Source of the DNA: a virus
DNA: 43,121 nt
Strand: one strand, 5' to 3'
Virus record (IMG/VR): IMGVR_UViG_3300045988_071163
Span: 1 to 43,121 of that record
Shown: positions 33,776 through 42,428 of the stretch, piece by piece
Numbering within the stretch: position 1 is the first letter of the stretch
Layout of the letters: every line of letters starts with the position of its first letter
Notes under the pieces: generated by a model
Told to the model about the DNA's origin: nothing
What the model saw: only the letters and a program-made list of their open reading frames with translations
Database searches by the model: none
Position numbers and translations under genes: made by a program

Positions 33776-34232
33776 CTTTTACATCTCCTTTGACTATATC
33801 CTTATCCAGCGCAGTACAGATATAGCGATAACTGCGCCTTATCATTTCGAAATTTATCATATCGTTTATTAACGATTTATATAAATCCGGCACTTCATCT
33901 TCTAGCCTGTGCATCTCTTCTGTTTCTTCTGTCATATATCCATATAGCAGTTCAAATAATGCCTTCTTTTCTTTTGTTGATAATGGATTTATTTGATTCA
34001 CCCTGTAGATTAATGACATGTCTGCTCCATCATTTACTAGATTATTTATGATGTTTGTTGCTTCTTCATACATAGGATGCTTCTGTATGAGGTAATTCAA
34101 CGTTAGATAATACTTATCAGCATTTGATGATAAATCGATGTCACTTTCTTTGTACGCTTTTTCTATTAGATATCTGTACAGAAGGAGTGCCATGGTGCTC
34201 TTTTCTTCTTTTGATAGTATTCTGAATATCAT
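33765..34232 (-). CDS. Hypothetical protein
   Basis: 155 aa, with an ATGA overlap to the upstream gene. Confidence 0.55.
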   Translation of the reverse strand: MIFRILSKEEKSTMALLLYRYLIEKAYKESDIDLSSNADKYYLTLNYLIQKHPMYEEATNIINNLVNDGADMSLIYRVNQINPLSTKEKKALFELLYGYMTEETEEMHRLEDEVPDLYKSLINDMINFEMIRRSYRYICTALDKDIVKGDVKDGQ

Positions 34233-34501
34233 TTGGCTTCTCCTTTCTTAATAAATTCTATAATCGTATCAAACTCTGTTTTGCTTGGCTTAACTCTAGA
34301 ATGAGGAAAGACATTAAGATTCACTTGCCTATATTCCGGTCTCATCAAATCGTCAAGAACAAGATTGCATAGATACTCTAGTCTCATTCTTTCATCATTG
34401 TAGTAGTCCACCTCACACATAGATAAATATTTAAGCCAGAGTTCCTTGTACCATAACAATTTGATGTCTGCTGGCGTTAGTTCGCTTTTCTTCTGCATCA
34501 T
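34229..34501 (-). CDS. Hypothetical protein
   Basis: 90 aa with a GGAGGGAA RBS. Confidence 0.55.
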   Translation of the reverse strand: MMQKKSELTPADIKLLWYKELWLKYLSMCEVDYYNDERMRLEYLCNLVLDDLMRPEYRQVNLNVFPHSRVKPSKTEFDTIIEFIKKGEAK

Positions 34502-34668
34502 TCTATTCCCTCCTGTTCTATAGGATATAGAGTTAGTATCGCATATTGTTCCTGTGCATACGCTCTATACCCTATGATTCTATATTTGTTTCTTAGTTCA
34601 TCGATTGCATCTCCTAGTTGTCTCATTGAATAATAATCAACTTTTTTGTAGATGTATTTTGCACTCAC
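34498..34668 (-). CDS. Small ORF (56 aa; GTG start) coupled to the MazF-like gene upstream and to the next gene downstream
   Basis: GTGA overlap with the MazF-like stop and ATGA overlap with the next start. Product: VSAKYIYKKVDYYSMRQLGDAIDELRNKYRIIGYRAYAQEQYAILTLYPIEQEGIE. Confidence 0.4.
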   Translation of the reverse strand: MSAKYIYKKVDYYSMRQLGDAIDELRNKYRIIGYRAYAQEQYAILTLYPIEQEGIE

Positions 34669-35177
34669 CCAATCACCTTTTCTAATAAGTTCTCATACAG
34701 TTTCTTGTACATATCTCTTTCAGCAGTAAGTTGGATATTCTCCTGCATTGAGGCCAACTCCATATCCTTGATAGGCGCAGATGGTTCTGGAGCATTAATA
34801 GATACCGTAGATACCGTATCTGTGCCCATACCTAGAGAGTGTCTTAATCCACGTTCGATATTCTTCATCTCTTCATCGCTTACAGTTCTTACATAAGTGC
34901 CGATTCTATCCTTATAAACGGTATGGATGGTTTCGCAGAGGGCAGTAGATGGACTCTTGCAGAATACATCAGCATGAGTAGGCATATCTCTCTTAATTTT
35001 TGTTGTAAGATAGACAGCCTCAACATATTCGCTTCCTCTGTTCAGATGGTCATCTGATACGATTACAGCAGGTCTTCCTGCCGTATCACATGAATATGAA
35101 TCATTGAAATTCTTAGAATATGTGATATAGAAGATATCTCCTCTTTTAACTTCTTTTGGGTTTAAACTATAGTTCAT
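34665..35177 (-). CDS. MazF/PemK/EndoA-like endoribonuclease-fold protein with a ~55-aa C-terminal extension
   Basis: VKRGDIFYI...AGRPAVIVSDDHLNRGSEYVEAVYLTTKIKRDMPTHADV...VSDEEMKNIERGLRHSLGM aligns by eye along B. subtilis EndoA. AAGGAG RBS 7 nt before the ATG at 35177. Confidence 0.75.
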   Translation of the reverse strand: MNYSLNPKEVKRGDIFYITYSKNFNDSYSCDTAGRPAVIVSDDHLNRGSEYVEAVYLTTKIKRDMPTHADVFCKSPSTALCETIHTVYKDRIGTYVRTVSDEEMKNIERGLRHSLGMGTDTVSTVSINAPEPSAPIKDMELASMQENIQLTAERDMYKKLYENLLEKVIG

Positions 35178-35275
35178 AATATTTCTCCTTAATTTATTCT
35201 TTCCAAAAAAATCCAATAGCAATAAGTATGATTGCACCTGCCATGAGCAGAATGCCTATGATATCCATAATTGCA

Positions 35276-35524
35276 CTATTCATCTTCATCCTCCTCTTCG
35301 TCTACAAGACAACCGTTATGTGAGTACCAAAATTGATGAAAGTGTCTTCTGATTACGTGTAGTAGTTCGTTGCAACATTCTTCACACAAATCAAGTTTTA
35401 CAATTGCCATTTTAGTTTGAGACGACCCGACCAATTCGACGGGCACAGTCACGGTTTTAACTTCATCCATCGATAATTCATCCTTGCAGTGGTCGCAGAC
35501 GTAATAATCTTTCAGAATGCGCAT
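35276..35524 (-). CDS. Small zinc-ribbon protein with an acidic tail
   Basis: CDHC ... CEEC pairs and a C-terminal DEEEDEDE. Confidence 0.55.
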   Translation of the reverse strand: MRILKDYYVCDHCKDELSMDEVKTVTVPVELVGSSQTKMAIVKLDLCEECCNELLHVIRRHFHQFWYSHNGCLVDEEEDEDE

Positions 35525-35525
35525 C

Positions 35526-35939
35526 TTACTTGCCTCCTTTTATAATCTTCTTCATTTTTTCAAGCATTTTCGTGATATTCTTTTCACTTGCCCAGGCTTT
35601 CTTCACTCCCATATTTTCATAGAATTCCATAACACCAGAGGCATATGATTGGTTTTGCTTAATGCATCTATCGTATTCAGCGCGTTTGTTACGTGTATCG
35701 GCGTATCTTCCCCATTCACTGACATCGTTCATAGCATCATTAATAGCCATCCATAAAGCCTCTCTCATGCCTTGGTAGTACCTAAATGAGGCGATATCCC
35801 AGTTTTCTAAAATCTTATGCTCTGCTTCCAATTCATCGCAGTATTTCTCCAAGGCTTTAGCATAGCGAAAATCGTTAACGTGTCCATCCCCAAAACGATC
35901 CCACTCAATAAACTCTTCTTGCTTAGGTCTTTTATTCAT
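35526..35939 (-). CDS. Hypothetical protein
   Basis: 137-aa ORF, tightly packed. Confidence 0.55.
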   Translation of the reverse strand: MNKRPKQEEFIEWDRFGDGHVNDFRYAKALEKYCDELEAEHKILENWDIASFRYYQGMREALWMAINDAMNDVSEWGRYADTRNKRAEYDRCIKQNQSYASGVMEFYENMGVKKAWASEKNITKMLEKMKKIIKGGK

Positions 35940-36315
35940 CTTTATTCATCTCCTCTGCAATCAGTTCCATTACTCGGTCGTGTAATTGTTGAACTTCATC
36001 AAGTATCATGTTTTTCGTTCTTTCCGATGATTTTCGGTTGATAAGCAAGGAAATGTTTTCCTCTTGAAGTTCCTTACACTCCTTATTTAATTCTATATAA
36101 TGTGCTTTTAAAGTTTTGTAATTCTCTAGAAGCCTGTTATAGTCTTTGGCGTGTCTTAATCTCTGCTTCTCGTTTTTATCGACCTGTTCATAATATATCT
36201 CTCTTAACTGTTCGTTCACTTTTGACAGATTTTGATAAAGTCTTTTGTAAACTTCACAATCATTTTCAAGTCTCTTGCATTTCTGTTTGAGTGTTTCTCT
36301 TTTATTCTTTAGCAT
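35932..36315 (-). CDS. Coiled-coil hypothetical protein
   Basis: 127 aa, charged with a heptad-like pattern. Confidence 0.5.
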   Translation of the reverse strand: MLKNKRETLKQKCKRLENDCEVYKRLYQNLSKVNEQLREIYYEQVDKNEKQRLRHAKDYNRLLENYKTLKAHYIELNKECKELQEENISLLINRKSSERTKNMILDEVQQLHDRVMELIAEEMNKDE

Positions 36316-36661
36316 TCTTTTCTTCCTCTTTTTCTTTTAACCAATCGTCAAGAGTCATTATTTCTTCAACAGGTTCATTGCTTTTTCTGTTAGATTCTTC
36401 AAGAAGTTCACTGTATTTTTTGTTAAGTTCTCTATTTTCTTTTTTTAACTTTGCCCATTTATAAGATAGTTCGTCATGCCCCTCATAGAGTTCGTCATAT
36501 TCTTCTTGCAGTTTCTCTTTTTCAAGTTCCATTTGCTTAATATAAATTTTGGTTGCACATTCAACAATAGTCTTCTGCATGCCTTCATAATTTAAACCTT
36601 TATAAAAAGCAGTATATGTGGTATCACTTACCATGCTCAATATTTCTTTATAGGTCATCAT
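36302..36661 (-). CDS. Coiled-coil hypothetical protein
   Basis: I moved the start to the ATGATG at 36661/36658, which follows GAGGTGG and overlaps the upstream stop. Confidence 0.5.
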   Translation of the reverse strand: MMTYKEILSMVSDTTYTAFYKGLNYEGMQKTIVECATKIYIKQMELEKEKLQEEYDELYEGHDELSYKWAKLKKENRELNKKYSELLEESNRKSNEPVEEIMTLDDWLKEKEEEKNAKE

Positions 36662-36974
36662 TAACCACCTCACAATTCTTAAGCACATCTTCGATTGACG
36701 TAGGTTCTGAATCTTCCCATTTGATAAATTTGAAAAGATTTTCGAACGGGCCTAAGAATTCTATATCATTCGGCTTAATGTCGCTTCTATTCCAATAAAC
36801 ATAGCCAATGTTATCATCAGTTTTTTCTCTATGAGGTTTATCTTTATAAATACACAAGCACCCATCCTGGTCTCTTGCAATCCACTTAAAATGAGTGCGG
36901 TTTTCAAGATAATTCAAGATTACAACTTCTACAAAAGCGGCGCTAAAGCCAAAATATTCACCTTTCTTATACAT
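36648..36974 (-). CDS. Hypothetical protein
   Basis: Start at 36974 (MYKKGEYFG), following GAGGAGGA. Confidence 0.5.
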   Translation of the reverse strand: MYKKGEYFGFSAAFVEVVILNYLENRTHFKWIARDQDGCLCIYKDKPHREKTDDNIGYVYWNRSDIKPNDIEFLGPFENLFKFIKWEDSEPTSIEDVLKNCEVVNDDL

Positions 36975-37230
36975 CTTTCTTATCCTCCTCGAAAAATTCA
37001 ATAGAAGAGATATTATCTAAATTGAATATGATTTTTGGCACGATAGTTGTCATAGTTTTTTCTCTAATTTCAAAACCATCTGCCTCAGAAAAACCAATCC
37101 ATTTTTTCCCCTGTGCTACAGCATTTCGGATGCTATCCCACGCTATTTCGATATTATTCAAAGGTTTATTCGCTCTAACTGCGATTCTGTAATAATTACC
37201 ATCGTTTGTATTGATATATATTCTATTCAT
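36967..37230 (-). CDS. Hypothetical protein
   Basis: 87-aa ORF with overlaps typical of an operon. Confidence 0.5.
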   Translation of the reverse strand: MNRIYINTNDGNYYRIAVRANKPLNNIEIAWDSIRNAVAQGKKWIGFSEADGFEIREKTMTTIVPKIIFNLDNISSIEFFEEDKKDV

Positions 37231-37606
37231 CCTTCTTGTCCTCCTTGTTTAACTTCTTGAAGATATAGTCAACACCTTCTTTAATGCTTTCTGTAGCCTT
37301 ATCTACGTTTTCATATGTTACGTATTGAGCAACCAGCATCTTATACATCGTTTCTTCAGAAGGAGTAACTGTATATACACCAGCACTGACGCATATAACA
37401 ATCAGTATTTTTTTGAGTGCTTTGACTGACAGCGTTGCAAGACGAGCAGAACTATTGTCGTAACGACTCTCGCTTTTAGCAATCGCACCAACTATCCCCG
37501 TACCGCAAAATACCAAGATTGAGACACCAGCAATAAACTGACTGTTTTGTTTTAAAGTGCTTAATACATCAATTAAATAAAAAATCCATGGATTAATAAT
37601 AGCCAT
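37223..37606 (-). CDS. Membrane protein (about three hydrophobic segments)
   Basis: WIFYLIDVL, FIAGVSILVFCGTGIVGAIA and ILIVICVSAGVYTV. Confidence 0.5.
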   Translation of the reverse strand: MAIINPWIFYLIDVLSTLKQNSQFIAGVSILVFCGTGIVGAIAKSESRYDNSSARLATLSVKALKKILIVICVSAGVYTVTPSEETMYKMLVAQYVTYENVDKATESIKEGVDYIFKKLNKEDKKDE

Positions 37607-37610
37607 TTAA

Positions 37611-37961
37611 TCACCCCCAACTCATGTACAAACAATCTAGTGGAATGTCTTCTGCCTGTTCTAAAATGCAGTCTCTTATTGAAAGTAATGCATTGAGGGC
37701 ACTGGGCGTTTCCCTCCAATTATTTCCGGGTATTAACCCAGCATACCCATAAGGGTTATGCGTTAATTCTTTAATTCCTTTGTTTAGGTGTTCTAACGCA
37801 TGATCGCATCTATAATATTCACTAGAGTTAAAATTCCAATTCATGCAGCTTCTAAATAATTTTCCTAAGTTATAACTAGGAGAAGAATGAAATGGATATG
37901 CGATTTCTGCATATTTATCGCATCCTTCAACCTTCACATAAATGCCAATACTGTAACTCAC
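37611..37961 (-). CDS. Hypothetical protein
   Basis: 116-aa ORF. Confidence 0.5.
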   Translation of the reverse strand: MSYSIGIYVKVEGCDKYAEIAYPFHSSPSYNLGKLFRSCMNWNFNSSEYYRCDHALEHLNKGIKELTHNPYGYAGLIPGNNWRETPSALNALLSIRDCILEQAEDIPLDCLYMSWG

Positions 37962-37962
37962 G

Positions 37963-38298
37963 TTATCTCACCACCTTTTTAAGTGCTCTATCCACTTCTC
38001 GATTTATTTTGAATTTCTGCCATTCTATGACTTTATCGATATCCAAGTACCCTAGAGAAACCAACTCAACGATACAGATTAATACATCAGCAACCTCTTC
38101 GTGCAGATTACGTTCATACACGCCACGGAACCCATGTCTTTTGACTTTTGACATTGCCTGGATTAACTCTGCGCATTCTTCCGATGCAATAGTGAGAGTT
38201 AAATCATCGCCATTAAGATGCGCCACTTTGTCCAATTCAAGTATTCTGCTTTGTGGGAGTTTTAATAATTCCACCAATCTACTTATTTCTTTATACAT
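37963..38298 (-). CDS. MazG-like nucleotide pyrophosphohydrolase
   Basis: ASEECAELIQAMSK ... LHEEVADVLICIVEL (EExxE / ExxD helices). The start at 38298 overlaps the upstream stop (ATGTATAA) and follows AGGAGAAG. Confidence 0.7.
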   Translation of the reverse strand: MYKEISRLVELLKLPQSRILELDKVAHLNGDDLTLTIASEECAELIQAMSKVKRHGFRGVYERNLHEEVADVLICIVELVSLGYLDIDKVIEWQKFKINREVDRALKKVVR

Positions 38299-38917
38299 TC
38301 TTTTCTTCTCCTGTAATGAGTTCTGCATTAGGTAATCTTTCAATCCATTTACAGAAATCTTTCCATTCATCCAACTTGTGATTTCTGCGAGTTTCATAGA
38401 TATTCAACAGATTCTCGTAGTTCATAGTTACTGTTCTCTTTTGGTTGTAAGAAGAAGGCAGTAACTGAATCATCTGCCACCAGTTATCCTTACTATGGTC
38501 TTGGATATAAAGCTGTCTAAAAAAATTCAAACAACTTATGATATCTTTGAATGGCTTATTGAGCACATCATCGTTCAAATGTTCAACGCTGAAATCATCA
38601 AGCGTGAACTCCTTGTCGTGAATCTTATGCATTGTGCTACATGAATTGGGAGTAATTCCGATTTTGTAAGTGTCGAACTGCTTCCACCAATAAAGCGGTG
38701 CAGTGATATCAACACTCACAAAAATCTGTCTTAAGAATTTTCTATGACTAGGACCTGCATGAACTAATCTCTTCATTAGTTCCTTATCTTTTTTACCTAG
38801 TAAAACCAGGTCATAATCAACAAAAGTATCGCTTTTATCCCAACTGTTCATAGGGTTTCGCATACCTCTAACAGCGTGCTCAAATCCCCAAATATCTGCA
38901 TATTTTAAAGTAATCAT
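38291..38917 (-). CDS. ThyX (flavin-dependent thymidylate synthase)-like protein, divergent at the canonical motif
   Basis: Collinear by eye with ThyX (KDKEL..., F.V.I.AP..., LPSSY...N...L.N....R). TYKIGITPNSCSTMH replaces RHRxxSxxxxSxRY. Confidence 0.55.
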   Translation of the reverse strand: MITLKYADIWGFEHAVRGMRNPMNSWDKSDTFVDYDLVLLGKKDKELMKRLVHAGPSHRKFLRQIFVSVDITAPLYWWKQFDTYKIGITPNSCSTMHKIHDKEFTLDDFSVEHLNDDVLNKPFKDIISCLNFFRQLYIQDHSKDNWWQMIQLLPSSYNQKRTVTMNYENLLNIYETRRNHKLDEWKDFCKWIERLPNAELITGEEKNV

Positions 38918-38932
38918 TTAACTTTCCCCCTT

Positions 38933-39241
38933 TTAAATTGCTACTGTCAATGCAACATAAAATGCAATGACTGCCACAAGGATTCCGATTGCAGCTCGGC
39001 AGTTTTCTAACTGTTCTTCCTTGTTAGACAGCATCTCTTCTTTATATCTAAGTTTGCTTCTTAAGTTATTAATTTCAGCGCAGTCTCTTTTGCGACGCTC
39101 ATAGGAACGGCGTTCCAACTCACGGTAATCTTCCATCAAGTCTTCATAATCTTCATAGATTGCGTTTAATTTTGTAACTTTACTTTCGATGCTTTCAGCC
39201 TGTCTTTGAAGTTGTTCTATAGGCGTTGTTATGTACGACAT
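38933..39241 (-). CDS. Coiled-coil protein with a C-terminal TM anchor
   Basis: Start at 39241, following GAGGTG. C-terminal AAIGILVAVIAFYVALTVAI. Confidence 0.5.
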   Translation of the reverse strand: MSYITTPIEQLQRQAESIESKVTKLNAIYEDYEDLMEDYRELERRSYERRKRDCAEINNLRSKLRYKEEMLSNKEEQLENCRAAIGILVAVIAFYVALTVAI

Positions 39242-39464
39242 CAATTTCACCTCTTTCGCTTAATTCTATGTATTTGTCTAAGTACCATCTGGCCTTTTTG
39301 ATATCTTCTAATCCATTCTTGTTAGCGTGACGATATAGATATTTGAATGCATTGCAGATGCAGAAGTTTTTCACTGCTTCTACGCCCTGTGTTTCTTCCA
39401 TTACTTCAATGCACTCAAACTTCCCTGTCTCATAATGAGAAGGGTGGTTCACACAATCATTCAT
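39195..39464 (-). CDS. DUF3310-family protein
   Basis: VNHPSHY...ECIEV...NAFKYLYR...KA.WYL pattern. Confidence 0.6.
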   Translation of the reverse strand: MNDCVNHPSHYETGKFECIEVMEETQGVEAVKNFCICNAFKYLYRHANKNGLEDIKKARWYLDKYIELSERGEIDVVHNNAYRTTSKTG

Positions 39465-39639
39465 TCGTGTCCTCCTCTAATTTATATATCTTGAATTTCT
39501 TATTTCCTTTGATTGACAATTTTGTGTAGAAATGATGAAGAGACACACCAAGATAGCACGCACACTCTTGAGCGTTTCCAACGCAGACACACATATCTTC
39601 TGCATCATAGATGGCATATTGATTCTTTTTCTTTCTCAA
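39457..39639 (-). CDS. Small hypothetical protein
   Basis: 60-aa ORF within the operon. Confidence 0.4.
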   Translation of the reverse strand: MRKKKNQYAIYDAEDMCVCVGNAQECACYLGVSLHHFYTKLSIKGNKKFKIYKLEEDTNE

Positions 39640-39949
39640 TCGCTATGACCTTTTCTATGTCTTCTACGCTTCTTACGACATATACTCTATGATTTATTGA
39701 TTTCAGAAATGCGTGGTAATCTTCTTGAGCCTTTCTTAATCTGCTACCTTTTTTCTCTGTTTTCATTTCTACCCAGAATACTTGCCCATCATCCTTCAGA
39801 ACTAATAAATCTGGCGTTCCTTCAATACCTACTTTTATAGGATTTAAGGTCTTTGTGTAATAAGTCCCAACAACCATTCGATATGGCGTGAAACCTGCTT
39901 GTGACAGTTCAACCATCACTTTATTTTGAATAATATGTTCTAACTGCAT
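39605..39949 (-). CDS. VRR-NUC domain nuclease
   Basis: GTPDLLVLKDDGQVFWVEMKTEKKGSRLRKAQ. I chose the start at 39949 because of the GAAGGGGA RBS. Confidence 0.75.
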   Translation of the reverse strand: MQLEHIIQNKVMVELSQAGFTPYRMVVGTYYTKTLNPIKVGIEGTPDLLVLKDDGQVFWVEMKTEKKGSRLRKAQEDYHAFLKSINHRVYVVRSVEDIEKVIAIEKEKESICHL

Positions 39950-41265
39950 ATCCCCTTCAACCTCATTTGGACATGTACCCATGCAACAGAGTACCCACGT
40001 TCTCTAGCAATTCTCATAAGTTCATCACGACTTCTCGCACGTCCAACTTCCATCCTCATCTCTTTTTTCTTTCTGTTTAATTCTTCGACTTCTTGCTCTT
40101 TCACTGCTTTTAATTTGACATCTTCCATCTGCTTCAGTTCTCTACCCTTGACTTCATATTCATATCCGCAGTAAGGACACTTATCGGCAGTCTTGAATAC
40201 CTTGAAGCACTGTGGACATGTACGAATAGAAAATGACCCATCGTCATTTATCATTTTCTTTTTCTTTGCACCGTCTAAAGACCATTCTCTGTCACTTGTT
40301 GGCAGACCGTGTCTCTGAAAGTTTCCTACATAATCGATGATGACTGCCTTCTTTCCTTCTTTTGGAGTAAGACATCTCATTGACTGCTGAATGTACAGAG
40401 CGAGCGACATTGTTGGCCTGAGCAGTAAGCAGCACTCGCAGTCCGGAACCGTAATTCCTTCACTGATCAGTCCTACATTGCATAGTATTTTGAATCTGCC
40501 CTGTTTGAAATCGTTCATGACTTTTTCACGTTCACTCGATGGTGTGTGACTGTCTAGATGAACAGCACTCACGCCGTTCGAAATAAACAGGTCTCTAACT
40601 TTCTTGCTATGCTCTATAGATACGCAATAAGCAATGGCTTGCTTGCTATCAGCAAGTTCCTTGTAATACTTGAAAATATCGCCATAGACGCAGTTTTTAG
40701 TGAATAGGTCTTGTAGTTCGCACGTACGATAATCGCCCCTTGCAATTGATAAATCAGTTGTATCGATGCCGATATTAGGTGCATAGTAGTCATAATTGCT
40801 GATTGCTCCTTGCTCAATTAATTCATTGGCCGTTATTCCCTGCACGATACAGTCGAACAGTGATAATCTGTCACCGTTCAATCGCGTAGGTGTTGCAGTG
40901 AACCCAACCACAAGTACATCGTAGTGGCTACATACTTTCTTGTAACTGCTCGCTTCACTTAGATGACATTCATCAATGAAAATGACCGATGGTTTTTCAC
41001 GCTCGTCTAAATGATTGGCTTCCGTAAAGACACTCGCAACTCTAGCGTTTGTTATGCTTAACTCATTAAGCAATGCTTTGTGTTGCTTCATCAGTTCTTT
41101 TCTATGAACCAGTACCAAGCCATAACCTTTTAGGTTTTTTATCATCTCAGCCATAAGAAACGACTTGCCACTTCGGCAAGGCATCTGAATAAGTATTCCT
41201 CTCTTGCCTTGCCTAATGGTTTCTATCGTCTTTATGTATAGGTCTTCTTGATAATCCCTTAACAT
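39940..41265 (-). CDS. SF2 DEAD/DEAH-box helicase with a C-terminal zinc ribbon
   Basis: PCRSGKS (Walker A), FIDECH (motif II), TATPTR, and CPQC...CPYC. Confidence 0.85.
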   Translation of the reverse strand: MLRDYQEDLYIKTIETIRQGKRGILIQMPCRSGKSFLMAEMIKNLKGYGLVLVHRKELMKQHKALLNELSITNARVASVFTEANHLDEREKPSVIFIDECHLSEASSYKKVCSHYDVLVVGFTATPTRLNGDRLSLFDCIVQGITANELIEQGAISNYDYYAPNIGIDTTDLSIARGDYRTCELQDLFTKNCVYGDIFKYYKELADSKQAIAYCVSIEHSKKVRDLFISNGVSAVHLDSHTPSSEREKVMNDFKQGRFKILCNVGLISEGITVPDCECCLLLRPTMSLALYIQQSMRCLTPKEGKKAVIIDYVGNFQRHGLPTSDREWSLDGAKKKKMINDDGSFSIRTCPQCFKVFKTADKCPYCGYEYEVKGRELKQMEDVKLKAVKEQEVEELNRKKKEMRMEVGRARSRDELMRIARERGYSVAWVHVQMRLKGICS

Positions 41266-41271
41266 AATTCC

Positions 41272-41739
41272 TTAGAATTGGACATCGTCAATTGATGGTA
41301 GTGTTAATGACTTTGGCTTTGTATCGCTAGATTGTGCATCGCCGGGTTCTTGCCATGCCGGTAAGTTCATTGCCTGTTTCTTGCTTAAGAAATAGTGAAC
41401 ACCTGTACGGTCGCCTCCGTACTGGTCTTGGTCTTTTTTTGTCTTTAATGCGCCAACTTTGCCGACCCATTGGCTTGCTTCCATATTCCCTCTAGGGATA
41501 TCAAAACTATCGTAAATAGACTGTAACTTCTGATTTACGATTGATGCATGGGAAGCATCAAAAACAAGGTTATAGAATAGTTTCTGATTATGACCGCTAA
41601 TATCAAGCATCAGACTAATCATCGGTTTCCCTGTTGATGTTGTTGTTTCTTCTGCCGTGTTGATACGACATCTGTAAATGCCTTGAGGTAACTCAATAAA
41701 CTCGTTTTCTACCTCTTTAAATCCCCAATTAATTGCCAT
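41272..41739 (-). CDS. DUF669 (SSB-like) protein
   Basis: The ELPQGIYRCRI...MISLMLDI pattern, and the canonical position next to the AAA_24 ATPase. Confidence 0.6.
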   Translation of the reverse strand: MAINWGFKEVENEFIELPQGIYRCRINTAEETTTSTGKPMISLMLDISGHNQKLFYNLVFDASHASIVNQKLQSIYDSFDIPRGNMEASQWVGKVGALKTKKDQDQYGGDRTGVHYFLSKKQAMNLPAWQEPGDAQSSDTKPKSLTLPSIDDVQF

Positions 41740-42428
41740 TATTTATTTCCTCCTGTACTGAATAAATCTTCCTGTCTGCATGCTTTTCTATCATCGTGCT
41801 GATTTTTTGCATAAACATTCTTTGTTGAAAGAAGTCTGATTACTCTTTCACCCGTTGATGTGATTTCTAGATGACCAACCACATCGCATAGACCACATAC
41901 GTTATCCCTAGCACTCTTCTGAATTCTAGGCATGAACGATGTATACTGTTCACCTGTCGGTGAAGTTACATCCACTAATTCCTGCCATGCCGTTAATAGA
42001 ATTCTCTTCTGTAATGTTTTTAGGTTTCTGATGATTCTTGCTAAACCAAACTGAAATTTCTGATAATCTCCCTGTGAAGGAACACCATCATTTCTTCCTA
42101 ACATTCCATAATAAGACAAGATACAACTCTGCAATTCACTTACGTTATCGATTGCGATGTTGTCATATTTCTCTTTATTGTTTTCTAGCCATGCAAGTGC
42201 CTCATTCATACTATTCACGATATCGTCTACATCGATATCAATAATTAGAATTCCTTTAGCATTTGGACTGTTTCTTAAAACACCGCTTGTCTTATCAATA
42301 TCTAAGACAACCGTCTTGCCCGGCAATTTGCCGATAGTTGTTGTTTTCCCGTCACCGGGCTTAGCATAAAGCAGACAAGTGAATGTTTCATTTTCAATGT
42401 TATCTGCTGTGTACGTTTTTAAAGCCAT
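41739..42428 (-). CDS. AAA_24 / Sak4-like RecA-fold recombination ATPase
   Basis: LLYAKPGDGKTTT Walker A followed by VVLDIDKTS. Confidence 0.75.
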   Translation of the reverse strand: MALKTYTADNIENETFTCLLYAKPGDGKTTTIGKLPGKTVVLDIDKTSGVLRNSPNAKGILIIDIDVDDIVNSMNEALAWLENNKEKYDNIAIDNVSELQSCILSYYGMLGRNDGVPSQGDYQKFQFGLARIIRNLKTLQKRILLTAWQELVDVTSPTGEQYTSFMPRIQKSARDNVCGLCDVVGHLEITSTGERVIRLLSTKNVYAKNQHDDRKACRQEDLFSTGGNK

